Source of the DNA: Octopus vulgaris
Taxonomy: Eukaryota
NCBI GenBank assembly: GCA_951406725.2
Contig: OX597818.1
Span: 25,482,001 to 25,546,000, forward strand
Direction: 5' to 3'
Length of the DNA stretch: 64,000 nucleotides
A program made the translations under genes and the position numbers. The notes beneath the pieces were generated by a model. That model made no database searches and had not been told where the DNA came from. It worked only from the letters and a program-made list of their open reading frames with translations. This document shows positions 1 through 16,052 of the stretch, in pieces (position 1 is the stretch's first letter; each line of letters begins with the position of its first letter).

Positions 1-1240
1 AGCTGTTTTCGGCACATTTTCAGTGTTTATTGCCCCTGTACATTTGCTACATACAAAAACTATCTTCCCAGTTAGCTCTCCTTTGATATTGCTGCACCTC
101 TTGTGTGTCCATAGCTTACACTGGGTACATCTTAGGGAGTTTCTACCAACGCCTTTTCTACAGACTGAGCAGGGCCATCTACCTGAAGGGATTTGTGATT
201 TGTCTGCCTTCTTACTTACTGAGATTTGGTTTTTGCTTGATTGACTCTATTGCCTTTCTAGTCCTTGCTTCCACACCCTAAACCTCGTCTCTAGTTCTGG
301 CAGTGATTCAGCTATTAGAGCAAGGTCATCAGCATAGAGGAGCTCCCAGTGGATTCCTGTCTTGAATTCCTCTGCTATTGCCTGGAAAACTATGGTGAAT
401 AAGAGGGGACTGAGGACTGATCTTTGATGAACCTCTACCCAGAATTCTTCACTGTACTCATTGCCAACCCTCACCTTACTGACAGCATCCCTGTACATGG
501 CTTGTACAACTCTCACTAACCACCCCTCTATCCTTAGTTTCTGCATTGACTACCAGATAAGAGATCAGGGGACCCTGTCAAAGGCTTTCTCCGTGTCAAC
601 GAAAGCCAAGTACAGAGGTTTATCTTCGGCTAGGTACTTCTCCTTCAACTATCTTACCAGAAATATAGCATCAGTGGTGCTTCTCTCCCTGGCAGAAACC
701 AAATTTGCATCTCATCTAAACTAACTCTCTCCCAATTAGTTGGGCTATGACCCTCTCCATGACTTGTATTACCTCAACAACTTGATACCTGTGTAATTAC
801 TTATATCTAATGCGTCACCTTTACCTTTGTAGCAGTTGACTATGGTACTGCTACACCAGTCATTGGGTATGACTCCTTCATGTATCACCTAATTGACTAT
901 ATGGATGACTAGACTGTATCCCACACCACCAGATATTTCAAGCATCTCTGCGGTGATTCCTGATAGGCCGGGGGCTTTCCCGGTCTTCATACCCTTAATT
1001 GCTTTCTCAACCAAGGTACTGTCAGTTCAGATAGTTGGTCCCTCTGTTGGGTCAACATTTGGCAGACTCTCCTCCTCCCATTCATTCTCTTCATTTAGCA
1101 ACCTTTCATAATGATGTCTCTAAGTCTCTCTCTTTGCAGCCTCATTAAATGTAAGTTAGCTATCATTCATGTGGACACGTTTCTCTCCAATGATATCATA
1201 ATTCTCTCTCACACACTGTCTGCAACACAAAACACTGCTC
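1..1240 (-). mobile_element. RTE-type non-LTR retrotransposon fragment (RT region with PHD-type finger), decayed; runs off the window start
   Basis: Minus strand encodes LAFVDTEKAFDRVP, ELLYADDLALIAES and WPCSVCRKGVGRNSLRCTQCKLWTHKRC...CSKC; same family as the copies at 16-19 kb, 22-25 kb, 39-42 kb and 47-50 kb. Confidence 0.9.
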
Positions 1241-1844
1241 TGCAATCAGTTCAAAATCTGACATATGGTACACCATGCACCTGTTCTGGCAATGTCAATT
1301 TGATGGAGGTGATGAGCTAATGTATTTGATCACTATAAACAAATCATTTGTTCAGCATGAAATTACAGAACTGTCTTTCTCAGATGAGAGACTACTTCAT
1401 ACATACATATACACACACACATACCATATGTGTGTGTGTGTTCTGTGTAAATAGTATAAAAATTACCAAAATAATTCCAAGAGGGATGGGACATATTCTA
1501 CAAGAATTCGTTTATGAATGCATCGAGGGCTGCAGGGTCTCCTTTTACTTAAGAAATAATATTCTTAAACTCTCGACTTTTCATATTCAGCCACATACTT
1601 CCACAGAAGAAATTAATATGACAACAATCTCACTCACATACAAACAACACACCTAGAATACACATTTTCACACCCCATATTATTCTGCAATATACAAAAT
1701 ATATACATACACACTTCTATATAAAAAAAAAAACACATTGTAGTATAGACATATCTACATGCATTATATATATATATATGTGTAGGAGAGGGTACACAAA
1801 AGAAACTGAAATTTTGCAATATTATTTTACTTAGTTTTACATGT

Positions 1845-2625
1845 TTACACTTTTATCACCATCAAAATATTCTCCATTTGAAGCAATGCATTTTCCAATG
1901 TTGGAACTCTTGCAAAGTGATGCCTTTTAATGCCTCTGTCGTTTTTTTCTTCACCCCTTCCACATCTGTAAATTCATAGCACCAGCTTTCGTCACCAGTG
2001 ATGACCTTCAAAAACAATGTCGGGATCAACCCAACTGTTCTTTCAGTTCATGACATGCATTCAGTCATGACTGCTCTTGATCTTCCATTAAGCAAGCAAG
2101 GCACAAATTTTGCTGCTACTCTTTTCATTCACAATTCCTTGCTCAGAATTCGTTGGCAAGTGTTCCAGGACACACCATTCATATCAACAAGTTTGTCAAT
2201 TATTCAGTGATGGTCCTCTAAGATCAGTTAATGAATTTTAATGATGTTGTCACTTTGAATGAAGTTGGCCTTCAAGCAACAAGTGACCATTCCTAAAGCA
2301 TGAAAACCATTTGTAAACTTGTGTTTTGCTCATGAAAGTGTCTTTGTAAGCTATTTGAAACATGACACCTGTTTTCACTGCAGCAGAAAACAGAATTTCA
2401 TGGAAGCACGCTGTTCCTTTGTTTCAGCCATCGCAAAAATTGACGAACAGGGGAGCATCACTGCAAAGCAAAGCTGCACCACATGGCAGTCGGAATACAC
2501 CCTATGCCACCAGTTGACAGACTGATAGCTGAAGGTTGCATCAAGTGGCTTCTAGCAGTGGACACCCGAACTACAATGGACTTGTGCCACAGAGAACATT
2601 TCCAGTTACTTTTGGGTACCTCTTT
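1845..2625 (-). mobile_element. Degenerate Tc1/mariner transposon remnant
   Basis: Minus strand shows a VITGDE-like first catalytic Asp motif (~1990-2005) and a mariner-like terminus (GGTACCCAAAAGTAACTGGAA) near 2600-2625; heavily deleted. Confidence 0.55.
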
Positions 2626-3083
2626 GAAAATATATATATAGAGGGAGGGAGAGATTGTTTGTTTGAAGTGTATAGATTTTATATATTAAGAAAAAGAAGG
2701 TAATCAGAGACTGGATAAAATCTGTTTATTAGCACCTGCAGCCCTTTAAGGGATTCATCATGAATGGGTTTCTCTATAGAAAATTCATACCTTTTATATA
2801 TATATGCAAGTCAACTTTAAAAAATCTTGAGTTGAATTTGTTTTCTTGGGTTTTGGAAAGAGGGTGCCTTGGCAGTGGTTATTTGAGATATGCTTTTGTA
2901 TATTGAATTTATATACGTGTGTGTGTGTGTGTGTGTACATGTGTAAGAATGTGTGTGTGTGTGTGTGGTTTTTTTGGGTGGCTTGATTTGAGAGGAAAGG
3001 AAAGAATAAAGTGTTTTTCTAGGATGGTTGAAATTGATGACAGGTCAAAAGGTCAAATTTTTTATCAATTGCAATAAATAGCA

Positions 3084-3322
3084 GTGGTGGGGGGACAAAC
3101 ACAGACACAAAGACACACTCAGATATACATATATATATATATATATATTTACACACACACACATGAAGGGCTTCTTTCAGTTTCTGTCTACCAAATCTAC
3201 TCACAAGGCTTTGGTCAGCCCAAGGCTATAGTAGAAGACACCCAAAGTACCACGCAGTGGGACTGAACTCAGAACCATGTGGTTGGAAAGCAAGCTTCTT
3301 AACACACAGCCACACCTGCTCC
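3084..3322 (-). mobile_element. tRNA-derived SINE (family A, internal TA/TG microsatellite)
   Basis: Reverse complement of the head seen at 55450 (GGCTGTGTG..GGTTCTGAGTTCAGTCCC..GTGAGTAGATTTGGTAGACAGAAACTGAAAGAAGCCC). Confidence 0.8.
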
Positions 3323-3374
3323 TATATATATATACACACACACACATATATGGTGGTTGTCTACTCCTTATGCG

Positions 3375-4597
3375 GAGTTTGACCACCTCCTGTACCTAAG
3401 CACTGTCATGGCATCTGATGCGGCTTTTTAAACCAGGTAATGTTCTCTGAAAAGACACCTACATAGATTGCACCTCTAAATTGGACCACCAAGAGCTGCA
3501 GATAAGTTCTGCTCTTTGTGGATATTAAAATGTCTTTTGGGGCCTCTGTTGGATTTGCAAACCTTCTAGCATACACTGCATTCAAAGGTGTGCACAGACA
3601 TACAGGCAGAATAGTTGGTGGAAGTTCATTTTCCATGCATTCGCAGATGAGATTTGAGGCCAGCAAAAGACAGGCGTGGTCTGTCACATACTGTGCACAC
3701 AAAAAGGTCATTGTCATTCACTTTCTCAATCGTTACATTCTTCTTTAGATCTCTTTTGAGTCTTACTTACATTATCCTGGCCTCTTCAAATGCTTTCACT
3801 CCACTTCACATCTTTGTTCGCCATCCAACTCAACCCGAAGCACGGGTTTCTATATCTTCTGGAACCATTCCAAGTGACTTCATAGTAGTCCTTATACCAT
3901 TCTTAAACCTTTATTTTAGGTTTACATTGGTAGCGTTTCCCCTCTGCAAGCTCACCATAAAACAGCTGTTTCAGCATGCGTTCATCGCCATTCAAACAAT
4001 ATGGCTACACCATCTCAGTTGGTTCCTCGAAATCATAACTTTAATTGAGGAGATGCTTGCAAATGCAAGGCTATCTGTGTTTGGAGTAAAAGAACTCCAT
4101 TTAATTTTTAAAATGCGATGAAGACAATTTTTGTGGAATTGTTCTAACAATTTAAAATGCCTTTCATAACAAGTCCAAGCTTCACAGGCATCCAACAGGG
4201 ATAGTAAGCCAAATGATTTGTAAAGAGCCGGCTTTGGATTCTTATTTATATATTGCTGGTACCAAGTGAATGGCTCCAAGACACCAAATGCTTTTGCTGC
4301 CTTTTGAATTTGCAGCTGTATTTCTGTACCAAGATTTCCATCATTTTGAACAGAGCTTTCAAGGTAGATGAACAAATTGAAAGCCTCAAGTATCATTCCC
4401 TTAACAAAAATTTTAGTGGGATTACAAACAGCACCACATGCGGGTTGATGCATTTGTTTCAGAATGGCTGACAAAATCGCAATCGTCAGTATACAAAAGT
4501 TGCCTAATGAGTGATGTAAAAACCTTCGTTTTGAATTTCAGTCTGGTCAGATTAAAAACATTCCCTGTTGTTCGATATTTTATATAAATAGCCTCTT
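3375..4597 (-). mobile_element. Degenerate RTE/BovB-like LINE 3' portion
   Basis: Minus-strand remnants LLYTDDCDFVSHS, YLESSV, IQKAAKAFGVL, CEAWTCYERHFKLLEQFHKNCLHRILKIKW, LRWCSHIV, followed by a Cys/His-rich C-terminus. Confidence 0.75.
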
Positions 4598-4671
4598 CAA
4601 ATATATATATATATACACACACATGTATATATACATATATATACACACACATATATATATATATATGGAAT

Positions 4672-5056
4672 TTCAACATCAATGGAATTTGTAGCTGTGA
4701 TACCAGTGCTGGTGGCACATAAGAGAACCATCCGAATGTGGCCAGCGCCGCCCTGACTAGCCTCCGTGTTGGTGGCATGTAAAAAGCACCATCCGATCAT
4801 GGCTGTTGCCAGCTTCGTCTGGTCTCCGTGCCGGTGGCACGTAAAAAGCACCATCCGATCATGGCCGTTTGCCAGCCTCGTCTGGCACATAAAAAGCACC
4901 CACTACACTCACGGAGTGGTTGGCGTTAGGAAGGGCATCCAGCTGTAGAAACACTGCCGGATCAGACTGGGCCTGGTGCAGCCTTCTGGCTTCCCAGACC
5001 CCAGTTGAACTGTCCAACCCATGCTAGCATGGAAAGCGGACATTAAATGATGATGA
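4672..5056 (+). mobile_element. RTE LINE 3' UTR-only fragment with hairpin repeats and (ATG)n tail
   Basis: Matches the 3' UTR of the copy ending at 42618: GGCAC..AAAAGCACCATCCGA units, GGAAGGGCATCCAGCTGTAGAAAC, CCATGCTAGCATGG and an ATGATGATG tail. Confidence 0.85.
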
Positions 5057-5084
5057 TATATACACACATGTATATATACATACA

Positions 5085-7020
5085 ACTTATAATGCTGCTC
5101 TGGCTAGAGTTGGGTACCGTGAAAAAATACAATATATACAAGAAGCAGGCATACACAACACTGGTAGTTCCTCCAACTGTGATGCACATTGTATACCACC
5201 ACAACGTTATGGTTTGAGAACTCAGATAAAGAATACAGGCCAGAAAGAATTGGTTGTATCAATGAACTATCAACGAAAATTCATAGATACATGCAACATA
5301 ATAATTCAACTACTTGTACCAATCCTATACAACACACTCAATCAAATAAGCCAGACAACAGATACAGGATTCAGGTTGTCCTCTGGTTCAACCCAATTTT
5401 CAGTTTGCATGTTTCAACCAAGGTCGCTGCTTTGGACAAGTGTTTTCCTAAATCTAATTGGTATCTTGCTATTTTTAACCGGCACACCATGAAGATATCC
5501 TATGCCAACTCTTTAGAGCACCTTATGCATCACATAAATGATAGCAAAATGCAACAAAGGTTCAATAACCCACCTACTGGCTCTAGCGAACATTTGAATC
5601 TAAATACCAACCAAGCAGATGTAAACCGCATTCATAAACACCAACTACAACCAATTTGTAGTAGTTGAAATATTTATGATACAGCTAAATGGAGTCGCCT
5701 TATATCAGGCCCAGTCTGATCTGGCAGTGTTTCTACAGCTGGATGCCCTTCCTAACGCCAACCACTCTGTGAGTGTAGTGGGTGCTTTTTACGTGCCACC
5801 TGCACAGGTGCCAGACGAGGCTGGCAAACGGCCACGATTTAATGGTGCTTTTTACATGCCACCGGCATGGGGCCAGACGAGGCTGGCAACGGCCACAATT
5901 GGATGGTGCTTTTTACGTGCCACTGGCACGGGGCCAGAGGAGGCTGGCAACGGCCACAATTGAATGGTGCATTTTACGTTCCACCGGCACGGAGGCCAGT
6001 CGGGGCGGTACTGGCAATGGTCACGTTCGGATGGTTCTCTTACGTGCTATCGGCACTGGTATCACAATGCTCATGCAGAGAAAAATCAAAATGTCCTTTG
6101 ATGAATCTCTGTTTGAGTACAAATCTTGTATATAAATGTACTATGCACACAAGGGGAGGGCCCTATGTTTACATTGGGCAGATGGCTGATTCATTTAAGA
6201 ATCATTATCGTAACCCTGTTGCCAGCTTTAAGACAATAAGAGACATTCAACATCTTTGGCAGATTTTGTATGGCAACTGAAGGAGGATAAAACGAAGTAC
6301 AACATTAATTGGTCCCTAGTAAGGTATGCGAAACCATACAATATAATTTCCAGGAGATGCCGTCTCTGCTCCGAGGAATACCTATCTATTCAGTGAACTA
6401 ACAAGAAGATAATTAATAGAATTTCTGAAGGCTCTTGAGATACCTACATGCATGTAAATATACTTTGACACAATGCAGTGGGAATGAATTTTCAGTAAAT
6501 GTTAATTTAATTTACTTTAAGGAATAGATGCCTTAAGTTTACTTTTAACCTCTCTATTCTTATAAATACCTAGTAGATAACTAACTCACTTTGTGATCAT
6601 GAGTGCACCAAACCTCCTGTGTGTATATACTCACATTTTTGCAGATGCTTGTATGAGCGACTGTTCTCACGCCATGCAGCTTGCCCAAGGGCGTTTATAC
6701 ATCCATATCTGTTAACGGTTATTTTTAATGCTTTTCTCACTGGACTATGTGTGCGTTTCTCTTTTTGCTATCTCTGATTTTATATTGGATCTGCTATTTA
6801 AATGAAGATATTTCCTCCGTCTGCCTGCTTTTCTCTCTACAAGGCAGGAAGTTACATTGCAGAACAGTCATTTTAACGAGTTGTATTTATTTATCACCCG
6901 ACGAGATACACCTGCACCACTGGAAGCTCGTGAACCACGTGTTAAGTGTCCCACTCAAGAGGAATTGATGCTAAATGCGTCGAAAAAATTGTCGTGATTA
7001 ATAGTAAATTCTTGTATATT
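5085..7020 (+). mobile_element. Penelope-like element remnant (RT C-terminus/linker, GIY-YIG endonuclease, pseudo-LTR), interrupted by an RTE 3' UTR fragment
   Basis: YNAALARVGYREKIQY; LWFNPIFS..STKV..LDKCFPK..IFNRHTMKISY; CPLMNLCLSTNLVYKC..YVYIGQ..SFK; W.LK..YNINWSLV..AKPY..RCRLC.EE are hallmark PLE linker and GIY-YIG motifs. A hammerhead-like motif lies at 6891-7000. Confidence 0.8.
5705..6066 (-). mobile_element. RTE 3' UTR fragment inserted into the Penelope remnant
   Basis: Reverse complement of the RTE 3' UTR repeat array and of GGAAGGGCATCCAGCTGTAGAAAC. Confidence 0.8.
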
Positions 7021-7044
7021 CCATCTTCTGTCTTCTATTTGGAG

Positions 7045-7218
7045 AAGTGGCTTTGTGGTAAGTAGCTTGATTACCAACCACATGGTTCTGGGTTCATTCC
7101 CACTGCATGGCACCTTGGGTAAGTATCTTCTACTATAGACTCAGGCCAACCAAAGCCTTGTGAGTGGATTTGGTAGATGGAAACTGAAAGAGGCTCGCCA
7201 TATATATACATATATATG

Positions 7219-7287
<69 letters not shown>

Positions 7288-7472
7288 CCACCCTAACATC
7301 ACTTGACAACTGATGCTGGTGTGTTTACATCCCAGTAACTTAGCAGTTCAGCGAAAGGAGCCGATAGAATAAGTACTGGGGTTACAAAGAATAGGTACTG
7401 GGGTCGATTTGTTTGCCTAAAGGCGGTGCTCCAGCATGGCCACAGTCAAAACGACTGAAACAAGTAAAAGAA
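7045..7472 (+). mobile_element. tRNA-derived SINE (family A)
   Basis: A-box-like GTGGCTTTGTGGT, B-box-like GGTTCATTCCC, ACCTTGGGTAAGT core, internal (TA)n(TG)n, tail ending GACTGAAACAAGTAAAAGA. Confidence 0.85.
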
Positions 7473-7477
7473 TAACG

Positions 7478-9890
7478 ATCAACTATCGATATGATATTCT
7501 CCATACGCCAACTTCAGGAGAAGTCCAGAGAGCAGAGAATGCCATTATATATGGCCTTCATTGATCTAACAAAGGCCTTTGACTCGGTAAGCAGAACAGG
7601 CCTCTTCACCCTGCTCCAAAAAATCGGATGTCCACCAAAGCTGCTGAGGATCATCAAGTCTTTCCATGATGACATGCAAGGCACCATACAGCACAACGGT
7701 TCAACATCAGCCGCCTTCCAAATAAAAAACGGGGTAAAGCAAGGTTGTGTCCTCGCTCCTACATTGTTTGGCATCTTCTCGCTCTTACTCTCACATGCCT
7801 TTCAGACATCAGATGATGGAGTGTTTCTGCACAGTAGAAGTGATGGGAAACTGTTCAATCTCTCGCGTCTGCATGCCAAGACCAAAATCAGAAACATCCT
7901 GATCAAGGAGATGCTATTTGCTGATGATGCCGCTCTGGTATCACACACAGAAGAAGCCCTCCAAAGGCTCATTAACTGTTTTGAGCAAGCATGTAACGAC
8001 TTTGGCTTAGCTATCAGCCTTAAGAAGACCAACATCATGGGTCAGGCTACATCGGACATCCCAAACATACATATTGGAGACCACAGATTACAAGAGGTGG
8101 AGAAGTTTACCTATCTGGGCTCTACCGTCACCTACAATCTATCCCTCGACGCTGAGCTCAATATACGCATTGGCAAGGCAGCTGCTGCAATGGCCCAACT
8201 CTCCAAACGGGCTTGGGACAACAATAAGCTGACCAAGACCACGAAAATGAAGATCTGACCAGGCATGTGTACTTAGCACTCTACTATATGGAAGTGAGAC
8301 TTGGACGCTATACACACGCCAAGAGCGTCGCCTAAACATCTTTCACCTGCACTGCCTCCGGAAAATTCTCCGCATCAAATGGCAGAACCATATCCCCAAC
8401 AAAGATGTCCTCAGGCAAGCAGGAATACCAAGCATGTTTGCACTCCTCACACAAAGACGTATGAGATGGCTTGGGCATGTTAGCCGTATGAAAGATGGCA
8501 GAATCCCCAAGGACATACTCTACGGAGAGCTTGCTAGGGGTACTAGGTCTGTAGGTAGATCGCTCTTACGTTACAAGGATGTTTGCAAAAGGGACATGAA
8601 GGCCTGCAACATCAATATTAGCGGTTGGGAGGCAGTTGCCGGCAACCGTGGAGACTGGCGACGTACCGTAAGAGAGGGAATACAAAGGAGTGACAGAGAG
8701 AGAGAGGAGAAATGGAAAGACAAGAAAAGACATCAACAAGAAACTATGGCATTAGTTAGTTAGTTAGTTAGTTAATTTGGCTCAAAAGCAAATAGCAAGG
8801 CCATGTAGGGGGACATGGAGTTAAGTACAGGGTGGTGTTCATGTAAAGAGTTCAGGCCACTTGAGGTCAAGGGAGGCTTTGAACAAAGCGGTCGTCGGCA
8901 TCTTCACCATCTCGTCTGGCAGCTTGTTCCACGGATCCGCAACCCGGACGGAGAAAGCTCCTCTCCTTCGATTGAGATGAAATCGTCGCAGGTAGAGCTT
9001 TTCGGAATGACTCCGCAGCCGACGCTCTGGAGCAGGAGTGAAGAACAGCTCTTTCGAGAGGTTACACTTTCCGCTTATGATGTTGTGGGCAAGAATGAGA
9101 TCACCACGGCGGCGGCGTTTTTCAAGAGAATAAAGGTCAAGCGTCCTCAGCCTTTCTTCGTAGGACAAATTTTTGAGACCATGAACCATGCGGGTAGCCA
9201 GCTTCTGGACTCTTTCGAGATGCTGTATGTCTTTGAGGAGATAAGGAGAAGAGGCTTGAATCCCATACTCCAATATGGGTCTCACCAGCGTGACATAGAG
9301 TGGTAGGAATATGGCTGCTGTGAGCATTCCGAATGACCGTCGAATCAAGAACAGAATTCCGCGTGCATTGTTGGCAGCATGGACGCACTGGGCCGAAGGC
9401 GAAAAGGAGGAATCCACCAAGATACCTAGGTCCTTTTCCTGATCGGTCCTCTCCAGCAGCAGACGACCCGGCTCGAAATCAAGTTGAGTTGCAGGAGTAG
9501 AGCCGACAGGCAGATGACAGCACTTTGACACGTTCAGACACAGGTCCCAATTGTTAGACCACTTCCAAATTTGGTGGAGGCATCAACGAAGATCCTCTAT
9601 ATTACCGCGAGGAGCAACCAGTTTGATATCGTCGGCAAATAGAAGGGTGTGTTGCGTGAGGTCGTCGGGCAAGTCATTTATGAAGACTAAGAACAACAAG
9701 GGCCCAAGCACTGAACCTTGAGGCACGCCAGGAACAGTCTTTGCTACATTTGCGGTACCTGCCAGAGGGAGTGTTTGTCCAGGATTGGACTACACAGCAG
9801 GAAATGTATCAGGACATGAAATGTAAAAGCCGGACTAGACTACTTTATGCGCAACTCCATTGTCTCCTGAGACAAAAAGGTTGCCAACAA
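7478..9890 (+). mobile_element. RTE/BovB-like LINE, 5'-truncated, split by a CR1 insertion (7478-8751 and 9730-9890)
   Basis: ORF 7491-8258: FIDLTKAFD, GVKQGCVLAP, LFADD, FTYLGS; then LYGSETW and RWLGHVSRM..RIPKDILYGEL. The C-terminal finger [19 protein letters not shown] resumes at ~9742. Confidence 0.85.
8752..9729 (-). mobile_element. CR1-type LINE, 5'-truncated, with (CTAA)n tail
   Basis: Minus strand [72 protein letters not shown]; tail reads (TTAG)n on + at 8752-8773. Confidence 0.88.
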
Positions 9891-9975
9891 TACATACACA
9901 CACATATATATATATATATGTGACGATGATGATATATACACACATATACATATACATGCATATGTGTATCTCTCT

Positions 9976-10130
<155 letters not shown>

Positions 10131-10138
10131 CCACATAT

Positions 10139-10199
<61 letters not shown>

Positions 10200-10254
10200 C
10201 ATATATATATATACATATATATATATATACATATATATATATACACACACAAAA

Positions 10255-10493
<239 letters not shown>

Positions 10494-10494
10494 C

Positions 10495-10593
<99 letters not shown>

Positions 10594-10616
10594 TATACAT
10601 ATATATATATACATAT

Positions 10617-10663
<47 letters not shown>

Positions 10664-10685
10664 TATACATATATATATATATACA

Positions 10686-10785
<100 letters not shown>

Positions 10786-10798
10786 TTTTTTTTTTTTT

Positions 10799-10940
<142 letters not shown>

Positions 10941-10945
10941 CACAT

Positions 10946-11142
<197 letters not shown>

Positions 11143-11143
11143 C

Positions 11144-11244
<101 letters not shown>

Positions 11245-11275
11245 CATATACATATATATATACATATATATATAC

Positions 11276-11347
<72 letters not shown>

Positions 11348-11392
11348 GTATATATATATACATATGTATATACATATATATATATATATATG

Positions 11393-11542
<150 letters not shown>

Positions 11543-11557
11543 CACATACACATATAT

Positions 11558-11722
<165 letters not shown>

Positions 11723-11723
11723 T

Positions 11724-11824
<101 letters not shown>

Positions 11825-11829
11825 TATAC

Positions 11830-11912
<83 letters not shown>

Positions 11913-11931
11913 TATATATACACACACACAC

Positions 11932-11963
<32 letters not shown>

Positions 11964-11965
11964 AC

Positions 11966-12202
<237 letters not shown>

Positions 12203-12243
12203 CATATATATATACATATATATATATACATATATATATATAC

Positions 12244-12384
<141 letters not shown>

Positions 12385-12396
12385 CATAATATACAC

Positions 12397-12567
<171 letters not shown>

Positions 12568-12568
12568 C

Positions 12569-12991
<423 letters not shown>

Positions 12992-12992
12992 C

Positions 12993-13107
<115 letters not shown>

Positions 13108-13186
13108 TATATACATATATATATATACATATATATATACATATACATATATATATACATATATATATACATATACATATATATAC

Positions 13187-13329
<143 letters not shown>

Positions 13330-13330
13330 C

Positions 13331-13484
<154 letters not shown>

Positions 13485-13486
13485 CT

Positions 13487-13782
13487 CTCTATATAAACGG
13501 CAGTTTGTCTGTGCGTGTTTCTGTGTGTCTGTTTTCTCGTACCCTCACCCTGACCACGGCTTTCAACCGATTCTGATGAAACTTGACACACACATAGCCC
13601 AATGTCATAATTCAAAACTAACGCAGCGAAAATTTTGAAAAGTTCCCCCAGTTCTGAAAAAAATCGATAAATTCGACATGGGGTCGAGAATTAGAAACCC
13701 AAACCACAGACCGTCTAGGGGACGCAACTCTACCTTTTTTAACTCTCAAAAAAAATTTACCATCATTTGTTTTCCATTTTTT
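13487..13782 (+). mobile_element. Non-autonomous Helitron-like 5' end, cut by the assembly gap
   Basis: TCTATATAAA start, then a GTTTGTCTGT..GTCTG tract and ACCGATTCTGATGAAACTT, a layout recalled from non-autonomous Helitron 5' regions; the 3' end is not visible. Confidence 0.5.
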
Positions 13783-13882
13783 NNNNNNNNNNNNNNNNNN
13801 NNNNNNNNNNNNNNNNNNNNNNNNNNNNNNNNNNNNNNNNNNNNNNNNNNNNNNNNNNNNNNNNNNNNNNNNNNNNNNNNNN
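13783..13882. other. Assembly gap (100 N)
   Basis: Run of N. Confidence 0.99.
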
Positions 13883-13913
13883 GGTACACACAGAACACAC
13901 ACACACACACATG

Positions 13914-13995
<82 letters not shown>

Positions 13996-14017
13996 ACATA
14001 ACACACACACACACACA

Positions 14018-14078
<61 letters not shown>

Positions 14079-14081
14079 ATA

Positions 14082-14121
<40 letters not shown>

Positions 14122-14132
14122 CATATATATAC

Positions 14133-14163
<31 letters not shown>

Positions 14164-14186
14164 CATATATACATATACACACACAT

Positions 14187-14273
<87 letters not shown>

Positions 14274-14274
14274 T

Positions 14275-14324
<50 letters not shown>

Positions 14325-14343
14325 ACACACATATATACACACA

Positions 14344-14382
<39 letters not shown>

Positions 14383-14406
14383 ACATACACATACACACAC
14401 ACACAT

Positions 14407-14437
<31 letters not shown>

Positions 14438-14548
14438 TACACACACACACATAGAAACACACACAAAACATACACAGAGTAGACCATATACAATGAATAA
14501 AAAATATTACACAAACACACAGAACACATAAACACAACACAAACAAAC

Positions 14549-14719
<171 letters not shown>

Positions 14720-14750
14720 GGATATATATATACATATATATATATATACG

Positions 14751-15318
<568 letters not shown>

Positions 15319-15333
15319 AAAATACATACACAT

Positions 15334-15364
<31 letters not shown>

Positions 15365-15402
15365 CACATATATACATACATATGTATATGTATATGTATA
15401 TA

Positions 15403-15445
<43 letters not shown>

Positions 15446-15460
15446 GTATATGTATCTCTA

Positions 15461-15517
<57 letters not shown>

Positions 15518-15524
15518 GTATATG

Positions 15525-15597
<73 letters not shown>

Positions 15598-15598
15598 G

Positions 15599-15731
<133 letters not shown>

Positions 15732-15742
15732 GTATATGTATA

Positions 15743-15793
<51 letters not shown>

Positions 15794-15794
15794 G

Positions 15795-15863
<69 letters not shown>

Positions 15864-15887
15864 GTATATGTATATATATCTATTATA

Positions 15888-15933
<46 letters not shown>

Positions 15934-15938
15934 TATAT

Positions 15939-15993
<55 letters not shown>

Positions 15994-15998
15994 TATAT

Positions 15999-16043
<45 letters not shown>

Positions 16044-16052
16044 CATGTATAA

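Noticed and set aside
8815-9306. 163-aa plus-strand ORF and similar antisense ORFs over LINEs (17569, 23446, 39578)
   Set aside because: Shadow frames opposite retrotransposon RT coding sequence.
13570-13590. CTGATGAAAC as a hammerhead core
   Set aside because: No stem II between CTGATGA and GAAA; it matches the common ACCGATT.TGATGAAA Helitron-type subterminal motif.
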